DNA of 64,000 nucleotides from an uncultured Thermotogaceae bacterium (GCA_964516385.1 CAZEYM010000005.1:6830-70829), one strand, 5' to 3'; shown: positions 8,979 to 16,239, counted from the first letter of the stretch. A program made the numbers and translations. The notes: generated from the sequence alone by a model not told the origin.

Positions 8979-10115
8979 CTAGCTGACACGCGTCAACAGC
9001 GTGGGAAGGTCCACGTAATCCACTCGGACGCCCTCGTGTGCGCGCCGGAAGGGGCGGTCCACATCCCTGGCCACCACCCAGTTACCTCCATCGGGATACT
9101 GACGGCGGAAGGCCAACAGCCCCTTGGGATCGAATCCGTCTACTGACCACTTGCACTCGATGGCGTCCGGAGTTCGCCCCCGTCGGACGAGGACGAAGTC
9201 CACCTCATGTTTATTCTTGTCCCTCCAGTAGCGAATGTCCCTTGTCTGCAGGTGCGCCTGCAACTCGTTCAGCACAAAGTGCTCCCACAGCGTTCCCATA
9301 TCCTCGCTGCGAAGGTCGAGCCAACCCCGCAGATAGCAGACGAATCCTGTATCGAACCCGTATACCTTCGGGGCGGCAACGATCTCCGTCGGCCGCCGTG
9401 TGCTGAACGGCCGGACCACATGCGCCACAAGGGTTGCCTCCAGCACCGAAAGGTAGTTGGTGACGGTCTGACGACTCACCTCGCAAGGTCTGGCGTACTT
9501 GGTGGCTTCGAAGATTCCACCGCTGCGTGCCATAAGAAGCTCCAACAACCTCTGAAACGACGTGCGACGCTCCAGCCGGAACAGCTCCTGGATGTCCTTC
9601 GCCCAGTACGCATCTACCCAATCCTGGAAATCTTGCTCCGGGAGGCTGCGGGCGAGGAAGAACGGCGGCAACCCTCCTCGAAGGAATCTATGTGTCAAGT
9701 CCGTCTGCCCCGCCGAGACCATGTCTTCGCTGATCATCGGGGTGAGCCACAGCGTCCGCTTGCGCCCTGTCAGGGTATCGCGGAACTTGGACGAGGCACC
9801 GAGCGTGGACGAGCCGGTGGCGACCAACCGAATGTCCGGGTAGTGATCAGCGGCTATCTTGAGCACTTCAGAAGGATTTCTGAGCCGATGGACCTCGTCA
9901 AGGACGATGCGTTTTCCTCTTGCCTGTTCCAGAAACTGCTGGGGATCGTCCAGCGTTCGACGCACCCGCGGAAGCTCGCAATCGTAGTACTCCACATCCG
10001 CCAGCGACCGGCACAACACAGTCTTTCCCACACGGCGCACACCGGCCAACCAGACTACGCTACGCTCGCGCCAAGCTCCCTCAATTCGTTCGGTCCAGAA
10101 GCGCCGGGGGAACAT
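8979..10115 (-). CDS. AAA+ ATPase fused to a DUF4143-type PD-(D/E)xK nuclease-like C-terminal domain
   Basis: Walker A GVRRVGKTVL and Walker B RIVLDEVH. C-terminal HEVDFVLV...AIECKW matches a D..ExK restriction-endonuclease-like motif. Confidence 0.85.
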   Translation of the reverse strand: MFPRRFWTERIEGAWRERSVVWLAGVRRVGKTVLCRSLADVEYYDCELPRVRRTLDDPQQFLEQARGKRIVLDEVHRLRNPSEVLKIAADHYPDIRLVATGSSTLGASSKFRDTLTGRKRTLWLTPMISEDMVSAGQTDLTHRFLRGGLPPFFLARSLPEQDFQDWVDAYWAKDIQELFRLERRTSFQRLLELLMARSGGIFEATKYARPCEVSRQTVTNYLSVLEATLVAHVVRPFSTRRPTEIVAAPKVYGFDTGFVCYLRGWLDLRSEDMGTLWEHFVLNELQAHLQTRDIRYWRDKNKHEVDFVLVRRGRTPDAIECKWSVDGFDPKGLLAFRRQYPDGGNWVVARDVDRPFRRAHEGVRVDYVDLPTLLTRVS

Positions 10116-10136
10116 ACGCTAACAGTTTAGCGTATG
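10113..10136 (-). promoter_or_regulatory. Perfect 10-bp inverted repeat whose 3' arm contains the start codon of the AAA+ gene
   Basis: catacgctaa-cagt-ttagcgtatg. On the mRNA strand this reads CAUACGCUAA-ACUG-UUAGCGUAUG, with AUG as the last 3 nt of the stem. No SD is visible upstream. Confidence 0.5.
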
Positions 10137-10177
10137 GTACTACCAAATGCAAAGCTGGGGCACACATAGCATGAGCG

Positions 10178-10207
10178 CGCCGGGGACGGCGAATGCCGTC
10201 CCCGGCG
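10178..10207 (-). terminator. GC-rich stem-loop downstream of the small secreted-protein gene
   Basis: Perfect 13-bp stem cgccggggacggc / gccgtccccggcg with loop gaat, starting 36 nt after the stop at 10243. No clear U-tract, so termination function is inferred only. Confidence 0.4.
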
Positions 10208-10242
10208 TCCCCGTTGGCTCACCTCACTAAAGGAGCCTCAGC

Positions 10243-10617
10243 TCACCCTCCCCAGCGGCCATGGCACCCAGCAGAGGCGCGCCTTGTCATCGGTGCACGC
10301 ATTGCCGGACGCCCCTGCCACTCCTCGGGCCCTTCGGCCATTCGGTCATTCATCCATTCGGCCTGCTCCTCGCTGATGTCGCCGGCGGCCAGAAGCTCGT
10401 CGATGACCTGGGCCCTGGCCTCGGCCATGATCTGCTCCAGTTCCTCGGCGTCCACGCCCAGCCGCTCGGCGAGCGCCGCCATGTACGCGCCGTGCATGTC
10501 CGGGCGCTCTTCTTCAGCAGCGCTGGCCGCCCAGCGCCCGCCGAACCCGGCAGCCACGCCGACCAGCCCCAAGCCAAGGAGCACCGCCATCACTACAGCA
10601 ACGTTTCTGCGCTTCAT
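10243..10617 (-). CDS. Small secreted acidic protein (DUF2680-like helical repeat?)
   Basis: MKRRNVAVVMAVLLGLGLVGVAAG signal-like N-terminus at 10617. Strong SD AAAGGAGG 8 nt upstream. The ISEEQAEWMNDRM motif is reminiscent of DUF2680/YckD-type proteins, recalled from memory. Confidence 0.55.
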   Translation of the reverse strand: MKRRNVAVVMAVLLGLGLVGVAAGFGGRWAASAAEEERPDMHGAYMAALAERLGVDAEELEQIMAEARAQVIDELLAAGDISEEQAEWMNDRMAEGPEEWQGRPAMRAPMTRRASAGCHGRWGG

Positions 10618-10821
10618 ACCACTTACCTCCTTTGTCTTTTGTGTCGGCCGGCGGCTCTGGCCACCGACCAAAGGGCAGTGTACTGATAGCTTGTGAAGTA
10701 CTTATGAACGCCGCATGTGGTAAACGCGGATCTTCAGCGCGCAGCTGATAGCGACTGCAGCCCCGCGACATGAGAGCACAGGGCCCCGCCACTCAGCGCG
10801 CTTTGCGGGCAGTCGCGGCTG

Positions 10822-11136
10822 CTAGTGTGGTTCCTGGACGCCGAGCAGACACAGGCGCTCCAGGGCCACGATCCCGCGCTCGCCGGCCGGGGAGTACACC
10901 ATCTCCCCGGCGGAGAGATCCTGGGTCCGGCCGTGAAGGGTGAACCGCCCGCGGCCCGAGACCACGTAGAAGAAGACGTTGTACTCCTCATGATGCACGG
11001 GAATCTCCCGTCCCTCTTCCAATCGGATCACAAGCACGTTGAAATCCTCACCACGGTGGACGTCCTCCTTGGTCAACCCGTCGGACGCAAGTCCCGCCAG
11101 CTCGTCCACGTGCACCTTCTTGCCTTCGTCAATCAT
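10822..11136 (-). CDS. Cupin domain protein
   Basis: 104 aa with a cupin-like core (EIPVHHEEYNVFFYVVSGRGRFTL..GEMVYSPAGE). The start overlaps the upstream permease stop as ATGA. Confidence 0.75.
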   Translation of the reverse strand: MIDEGKKVHVDELAGLASDGLTKEDVHRGEDFNVLVIRLEEGREIPVHHEEYNVFFYVVSGRGRFTLHGRTQDLSAGEMVYSPAGERGIVALERLCLLGVQEPH

Positions 11137-11651
11137 GCTGTCCTCCTTTCAGTGCGCACCATGAGCTTCTCGATAACCCAACCCATTAGGGCCACGAATA
11201 CCACGGTCAAGCCGAGCCTGAGACCCATGAACTCCGCGCCGAGGAACTTGAGCTCTACGATCTCCTGGGGGATCTTGATGCACGCCCAGGCCGAGAGAAA
11301 CGCCACCACGTTCTTCAGGCTCGCCCCTTTCTTTACGAGCATGTCGGCCATGGGAAACGCCACGTACAAGGGCCCCGTGGGAAGCGTTCCCAGGAGAAAG
11401 GCGAGCCCCAGCCCCCTGATACCCGAACCCTTGCCCAGCAGTCTCACCACCATGTCCTGTGAAACCCAGACGGAGAAAAGGCCCATGAGGACGAGCACTG
11501 CGGGCAGGATCTGCAGCATCTCCAAGAAGTAGTCCCAGGTGACTTTCCCAGCAGCGCTTCCCCGCTCAGGGAACAAAAGCACAAGGAGAACAAACGTTCC
11601 CACAGCGGCCAGAAGAAAAAGCCAGCTCCGCACGATCCTGCGGGGATTCAT
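11133..11651 (-). CDS. Permease half-protein (COG0701/DUF318, ArsP-like family), second half
   Basis: Start MNPRRIV at 11651 overlaps the upstream stop (ATGA). About 4-5 hydrophobic segments. The 319-aa track ORF extension overlaps the preceding gene and is discounted. Confidence 0.7.
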   Translation of the reverse strand: MNPRRIVRSWLFLLAAVGTFVLLVLLFPERGSAAGKVTWDYFLEMLQILPAVLVLMGLFSVWVSQDMVVRLLGKGSGIRGLGLAFLLGTLPTGPLYVAFPMADMLVKKGASLKNVVAFLSAWACIKIPQEIVELKFLGAEFMGLRLGLTVVFVALMGWVIEKLMVRTERRTA

Positions 11652-12133
11652 GCCAGGATCGTCCCCATGAGAAAGGCAATAGCCAGCGCAACGACGAAGC
11701 TGAGTCCGTTCCGCAGCAGGGTGAACTTGGCCCCCAGTACCTTGATCTCCAACGGGAGGGTCACCGTGCCCACCATGGTCAAGGTGGTGATGAACGCCGC
11801 CACCGCGCCCACGGTCGCCCCACCTTCGAGAAGCGAGCCCGCCAGCGGGAACGCCACCAGCGCCGGCATGTACAGCACCGCCCCGAACAGGGCCACGAGC
11901 AAAGTGCCTCCAAAGCCCCCTCCCACACCCAGTATCGCACCGATCGCGTCCCTGGGGACGAAACCAAGGAGTAGCCCAATGGCCAGGATGATCACCCCCA
12001 CGGCCGGGCCCAGCTTGAACAGGCTCCTTCCGGCCACCTTCAGCGCAGCCACCGTTGTGCGCCGATCTTTGAGCGCCGACAACACTAGACACCCCAGGGC
12101 AAGCCCGTTTACAAGCAGGGTAGTGGTGTTCAT
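11648..12133 (-). CDS. Permease half-protein (COG0701/DUF318, ArsP-like family), first half
   Basis: MNTTTLLVNGLALG start at 12133 with GGGAG SD 5 nt upstream. Polytopic with Gly-rich loops (GVGGGFGGTLL). Family assignment is from memory of DUF318 permeases. Confidence 0.7.
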   Translation of the reverse strand: MNTTTLLVNGLALGCLVLSALKDRRTTVAALKVAGRSLFKLGPAVGVIILAIGLLLGFVPRDAIGAILGVGGGFGGTLLVALFGAVLYMPALVAFPLAGSLLEGGATVGAVAAFITTLTMVGTVTLPLEIKVLGAKFTLLRNGLSFVVALAIAFLMGTILA

Positions 12134-12134
12134 C

Positions 12135-12989
12135 TCAACTCCCTTCACCCCCTCCGTGCCAGCTTCGCTGTGCAGCTGCCCTTGTGCCCCAGATCAGGGC
12201 CCCTTCTTTCGTACACGCGTGGAGGCAGGCCCCACACGCATAGCAGTCAGCGTGGAGCTTCCTAGCCGCGTAGTGGTCGGCCATGGCCTGGGTGGGGCAG
12301 GCGTCCACGCACCGCTTGCACCCGGCACACAGGTCCCGGTTGATGCGCGGTCGCAGGAAGCTGAATTGTTCGACCAACCACCCCGCCAAGCCAAAGGGGC
12401 ACAGGAACTGACACCACGGGCGGTAGACGAACAAGCTTGCCACCAGGACGAGCCCCGTGAAGCCAGCGGCCACCGGGGCCAAGGACAAGGAGAAGATTCT
12501 GAAGGGGTCGATGATCCCCATCCAGTCGAGCCCTATTGCCACCAGGGACCCCAGCAACGCTAGGAATACGGCAACACGCACGCTGTTGGAAACCCAGAAG
12601 GGAGCTCGCCACTTGGGGGCCGGGATCCGATGAACCACTTCTTGAAGGAGCCCGAGCGGACAGCCCCAGCCACAGATCGACTTGTTGGACAGCCACACCA
12701 GGGCCAACAACCCCAAGGTCATCCCCAGCAAGGGAAGCGCCAGCTGTCCCCTCACCAGAAGGCTGGCAAGCAGCCCCCTCAGCCCGCTCACCGGGTTGGG
12801 AGGCGAGGCCTCAGGCAACAGCGAAGTGATCAGAACGCCGAATACTAAGACGCCCCCGGCCAGGAACCCGAGGCGCAGCTTCGGGCCGACCTTCCGTCGG
12901 CGCAGCAAGTAGATGGACACGCCGACCACCAGAAGCCACAGCAGGAGCTGCACTGCAATCAGTGGGCTGAACTCAAACGCTCTCGGCAT
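12135..12989 (-). CDS. Membrane-bound 4Fe-4S binding protein (NapH/MauN/YccM-like)
   Basis: Polytopic N-part carrying CGWGCP and WCQFLCPFG motifs. C-terminal ferredoxin motifs CAGCKRCVDACP and CYACGACLHAC. AGGAGG SD before ATG 12989. Confidence 0.8.
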   Translation of the reverse strand: MPRAFEFSPLIAVQLLLWLLVVGVSIYLLRRRKVGPKLRLGFLAGGVLVFGVLITSLLPEASPPNPVSGLRGLLASLLVRGQLALPLLGMTLGLLALVWLSNKSICGWGCPLGLLQEVVHRIPAPKWRAPFWVSNSVRVAVFLALLGSLVAIGLDWMGIIDPFRIFSLSLAPVAAGFTGLVLVASLFVYRPWCQFLCPFGLAGWLVEQFSFLRPRINRDLCAGCKRCVDACPTQAMADHYAARKLHADCYACGACLHACTKEGALIWGTRAAAQRSWHGGGEGS

Positions 12990-13000
12990 AGGCTACCCTC

Positions 13001-13453
13001 CTAGCGCGCATCGTCGTACTCGGCCCGCTCCAAGGCCCGCTGCAGAAGCTCGAGCAAGGCTTTCTGCTCCTCGGAGGAGAGTCCCCCGAGCAACCGCTTG
13101 GCCTTCTCCTGACGGAAGCGCTCGGCACGCCGGTACAGTGCGCTGCCCTCAGGAGTGAGGAACAGCCGGACTGCTCTCCGATCTTCCGGGTCGGGCCAGC
13201 GCTCCACCAGGCCCTTCTCCTCTAAATGCCGCACTGCCACGCTCGCCGTGGGAGGACGCACCCGTAACCCTGCGGCGACGTCCTTCAGCCGGCATCCGGG
13301 GTGCCGGGCTATCTGAGCCATTAGGGCCAACTGCGGCGGCCCCAACCCCGAATCTTTCAGAGGATGCTCGCTCAGCCCTAGAGCGCGGAGCCGTTCAAGC
13401 AGCCCTAGCAGCCTCGTCTCGTCGTCCACCATCTCTCCCTTCGATTGGCTCAC
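13001..13453 (-). CDS. MarR family transcriptional regulator
   Basis: 150 aa with a winged-helix core (LALMAQIARHPGCRLKDVAAGLRVRPPTASVAVRHLEEKGLVER..DRRAVRLFLTPEG). Confidence 0.9.
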   Translation of the reverse strand: MSQSKGEMVDDETRLLGLLERLRALGLSEHPLKDSGLGPPQLALMAQIARHPGCRLKDVAAGLRVRPPTASVAVRHLEEKGLVERWPDPEDRRAVRLFLTPEGSALYRRAERFRQEKAKRLLGGLSSEEQKALLELLQRALERAEYDDAR

Positions 13454-13487
13454 CTCGCCGTCGGGGGGGCTGTGACCTGTTCGCGCA

Positions 13488-13537
13488 TTAGTTAGATGCC
13501 GGAACTAAGTATATGAGCGACGACAACCTGTTGTCAA
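13488..13537 (-). promoter_or_regulatory. Putative sigma-A promoter plus inverted-repeat operator upstream of marR
   Basis: On the minus strand: TTGACA (13537..13532), 18-nt spacer, TATACT (13513..13508). Immediately downstream is the inverted repeat TTAGTT-N9-AACTAA (13488..13508). The palindrome gacaac-ct-gttgtc (13522..13535) overlaps the -35 box. Confidence 0.4.
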
Positions 13538-13568
13538 GCTCTGTCCTTCTCCGTACGATTGTGTGCCG

Positions 13569-14021
13569 TTACCGGGTTCTTACGTTGTAGCCGCCGGTCG
13601 CCCCCGCGGAGGCGGCCGGCGCGGCCAGCCAGAGAAGCTCGGGCAGCTGGACCACAAACCCAAATCCCACAACCGCCCCGGTTCCGCCCACAGCTCCTAG
13701 AAAGCACAGTCCCAGATTGCCTTCGGCCTCCAAAATCGCGCCGGTGGCCCACACCCCCCCGAAGGCTCCCAAGGTGGTCCCGCCAGTGAAACCGATGACT
13801 GCTCCTAGGATTGCCCTGCCCAGGCATTCCCATCCGCTGCAGTCACCCATCAGAAGACCCGAGAGAGCGTATGCCCCGCCGAACCCGCCTACATATCCGG
13901 CCAGGGTCCCAACGATGAACTGGGGCACCACAGGGTCCGTTGCCTCCATCCCCGCGCAGCTCGGCCCCCACCAGGCAAGGAGTAACATTGCAGCTGCCAC
14001 CGTCACCACTTTCCAAACCAT
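13569..14021 (-). CDS. Glycine-rich (glycine-zipper-like) membrane protein
   Basis: 150 aa with AAAGGAG SD 7 nt before ATG 14021. Signal/TM N-terminus followed by repeated GxxxG-type stretches (GGFGGAYALSG, GFTGGTTLGAFGG, GAVGGTGAVVGFG). Confidence 0.6.
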   Translation of the reverse strand: MVWKVVTVAAAMLLLAWWGPSCAGMEATDPVVPQFIVGTLAGYVGGFGGAYALSGLLMGDCSGWECLGRAILGAVIGFTGGTTLGAFGGVWATGAILEAEGNLGLCFLGAVGGTGAVVGFGFVVQLPELLWLAAPAASAGATGGYNVRTR

Positions 14022-14022
14022 G

Positions 14023-14646
14023 TCACGCTCCTTTGTCCGCAGACCGCTCGGGACGAGGCGGTTGCCAACCCAGCTCCCGCATTAGGCAATACAGCTTGGC
14101 CAAAGGCAAGCCCATTACGTTGGCGTAATCCCCATCGACGCGCTCCACCAAGACCGCGCCTTGTCCCTGTATTGCATACGCTCCGGCCTTGTCCAGGACA
14201 TCCTCTGCAACCACGTACCAGTCGATCTCCTCTTCGCTCAGAGGTCTGAACCGCACCCGCGTCTCCACCAAGGCCTCCCGGGCCTCCCCCCCGCGGGAGA
14301 CCACCAAGCCGGTGAACACGGAGTGCCATCTTCCGGAGAGCGCTTTGAGATATGCGCGCGCTTGATCCGTGTCCACGGGCTTGCCCAAGTGTTCTCCTTC
14401 CAGAAACACGCCCGTGTCCGCCGCAATGATCAACGCGTGCGGAGCCCTGCGGAGCACATTCTCGTGCTTGCAATTGGCTACCGCCAAGAAGTCACCCGGC
14501 ACGCTCACGTTCGCCTCTTCACCGTCGGGGACCATGACCTCGAATGATGGCTCGATCCTCCGCAACAGCTCGCTCCGACGAGGAGACCTGGAGGCCAACA
14601 CGACGCGTTGCGGTCGGCTCCGACCCGGCCCATAATCAGTGCCCAT
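14023..14646 (-). CDS. maf: Maf-like nucleoside triphosphate pyrophosphatase
   Basis: Maf N-terminal motif VVLASRSPRRSELL and C-terminal DKAGAYAIQG. The start is uncertain: ATG 14646, ATG 14655 or an internal GTG. Confidence 0.85.
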   Translation of the reverse strand: MGTDYGPGRSRPQRVVLASRSPRRSELLRRIEPSFEVMVPDGEEANVSVPGDFLAVANCKHENVLRRAPHALIIAADTGVFLEGEHLGKPVDTDQARAYLKALSGRWHSVFTGLVVSRGGEAREALVETRVRFRPLSEEEIDWYVVAEDVLDKAGAYAIQGQGAVLVERVDGDYANVMGLPLAKLYCLMRELGWQPPRPERSADKGA

Positions 14647-15487
14647 GGAGATCATTTTCAGCGAGCAGAGCCTAGAATACCACGCCGTGGGGCACCCTGA
14701 AGGCCCTGGGCGCGTACGCATGGCCCAGCACTACCTGGAGCGGCTGGGCTACCCGTTCGTGGCTCCCGAGCCGGCCAAACGTGATCATCTACGCTTGGTC
14801 CATACAGAAGAGCACGTGCAGCGGGTGGAGAGAGAGGAATTCAACGATCCAGACTGTCCTCGCTATTCAAACATCCATGACTACGCTGCGCTGTCCACAG
14901 GTGGGGCCATCTCCGCTCGACAGAGAGGAGGATTCTCTATCATGCGGCCGCCGGGCCATCACGCCGGCCCCAACTTCCTTGGAGGGTTCTGTTACTATAA
15001 CTGCATTGCCGTGGCAGTAAGACAGAGCGGGCTCAAAACGCTGATTGTGGACATCGACGGACACCACGGCAATGGCACCGAGGCCATCTTCTCCGGCGAT
15101 CCCAACGTGACCTATATCTCCTTGCACCGGACGTACAACTACCCCGGCACAGGGCATCAATCACGGGGCAACTGCCTCAACTACCCGCTGCCGCCCCGGT
15201 GTGGAAAATCCCTGTACATAGACACCCTGGAACAGGCCCTGGCCCAGGCGGGAAGCAACTTCGAACAGCTCGCAATCTCAGCCGGCTTCGACACCCACAA
15301 AGACGACCCCCTGGCCTCATTAGGCCTGGAGGTCGAGGCGTTCTACGATGTCGGTTTTGTCCTCGGGGACCTCAACCTGCCTGCGTTCTGCGTTTTGGAA
15401 GGCGGCTACATCCCTGAGATCATGGGCCCGTCCATAGACATGCTCGTCACAGGCCTAAAAGAAGCAGCAAAAACAGCGGGAAGATAG
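14639..15487 (+). CDS. Histone deacetylase family protein (AcuC / acetylpolyamine amidohydrolase-like)
   Basis: Class I/II HDAC motifs RPPGHHA and DIDGHHGNGT, with GGY near the C-terminus. Start is GTG 14639 or ATG 14645. Confidence 0.85.
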   Translation: MPMEIIFSEQSLEYHAVGHPEGPGRVRMAQHYLERLGYPFVAPEPAKRDHLRLVHTEEHVQRVEREEFNDPDCPRYSNIHDYAALSTGGAISARQRGGFSIMRPPGHHAGPNFLGGFCYYNCIAVAVRQSGLKTLIVDIDGHHGNGTEAIFSGDPNVTYISLHRTYNYPGTGHQSRGNCLNYPLPPRCGKSLYIDTLEQALAQAGSNFEQLAISAGFDTHKDDPLASLGLEVEAFYDVGFVLGDLNLPAFCVLEGGYIPEIMGPSIDMLVTGLKEAAKTAGR

Positions 15488-16211
15488 ATTGTATGCCCGT
15501 GCACGGATCACACGGGTCGAAGCACTCTGCCAGGCAGCCAGTCAACGGTGGGCACGGTTGGCAAGCATCTTGGGCCGGCTCGGACGCCAATCCTGCCGTG
15601 TGTGGCGGGGAGCTCTCATTGTCCAATTCTTGCGCCGCCAGGGCGGTACGGAGTTCTATGTGGGCGTAGCCGTAGTCACCGTACTTGATTGCGTAAGGCT
15701 TGGAGGCATCTATGCTGCTGCCCATAACTACCAACCCCATTGTGGCAGGGTTCGGTGAGGCTTCTCCAGAGAGGAAATCCCCTGTCACCGATACGGTATT
15801 CTCCGCTGACGGACGAACCTCGACGTCCCCCTGAACGATCGCGATCTCCCCAGGGTCGAAACGGGCCTCCCACTCGGCAGTGACCATTATGAGGACTGTG
15901 TTGCGATCTACATATTGAGGGAGGAGCTCGGCCAACCTCTCCCCCATGCTGGCGCTGAGCGTGCGCTCGTTTACGTGAACGCACACGAACAAAAAGGCGG
16001 CCGTGGGCGTCTCAGCCGAAAAGACCGCCACCAAATCGGGGTCAAGACCTGTGTAAGAGATGAAACGTTCCAGGTCTGTGCTTGCGCTCAGCAGAACACC
16101 CCAGGCCAGAAGCAGACATAGGGCAACGTGTACGGGCCTCACTTTCAGCAGCACCACCAAGCCGCGAACACACCGATCCAGAGGAACCAAAAGAATGCCA
16201 ACAGCCACCAT
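15447..16211 (-). CDS. Hypothetical exported protein with Cys/Pro-rich C-terminal module and hydrophobic tail
   Basis: Only long ORF in this interval. Signal-like RPVHVALCLLLAWGVLLSAS. C-terminus is CQPCPPLTGCLAECFDPCDPCTG followed by IFPLFLLLLLGL. Start is ambiguous (ATG 16211 or GTG 16142). The 3' end overlaps the HDAC gene by 41 nt. Confidence 0.5.
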   Translation of the reverse strand: MVAVGILLVPLDRCVRGLVVLLKVRPVHVALCLLLAWGVLLSASTDLERFISYTGLDPDLVAVFSAETPTAAFLFVCVHVNERTLSASMGERLAELLPQYVDRNTVLIMVTAEWEARFDPGEIAIVQGDVEVRPSAENTVSVTGDFLSGEASPNPATMGLVVMGSSIDASKPYAIKYGDYGYAHIELRTALAAQELDNESSPPHTAGLASEPAQDACQPCPPLTGCLAECFDPCDPCTGIQSIFPLFLLLLLGL

Positions 16212-16219
16212 CCGACCAT
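16145..16219 (-). CDS. Candidate 24-codon Trp-rich hydrophobic micro-ORF (MVGWWLLAFFWFLWIGVFAAWWCC)
   Basis: ATG 16219 lies 8 nt downstream of a perfect AGGAGG (16233..16228). Its stop TGA (16147..16145) lies 2 nt before GTG 16142 of the large ORF, in a different frame from that ORF. Hand translated; too short for the ORF track. Confidence 0.3.
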   Translation of the reverse strand: MVGWWLLAFFWFLWIGVFAAWWCC

Positions 16220-16239
16220 AGTTCTCACCTCCTACGGCT

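Noticed and set aside
9207-10130. 307-aa plus-strand ORF opposite the AAA+/DUF4143 gene
   Set aside because: No recognisable domain. The minus strand has Walker A/B and D..ExK motifs.
11652-12092. Upstream extension of the second permease half (319-aa track ORF). Similar extensions occur at 38568..38705 (pfkB), 44364..44732 (ribF), 8921..8989 (panB) and 4085..4432 (anti-sigma).
   Set aside because: Each extension overlaps the preceding gene out of frame with low-complexity sequence. Internal starts coincide with stop/start overlaps and with the beginning of family homology.
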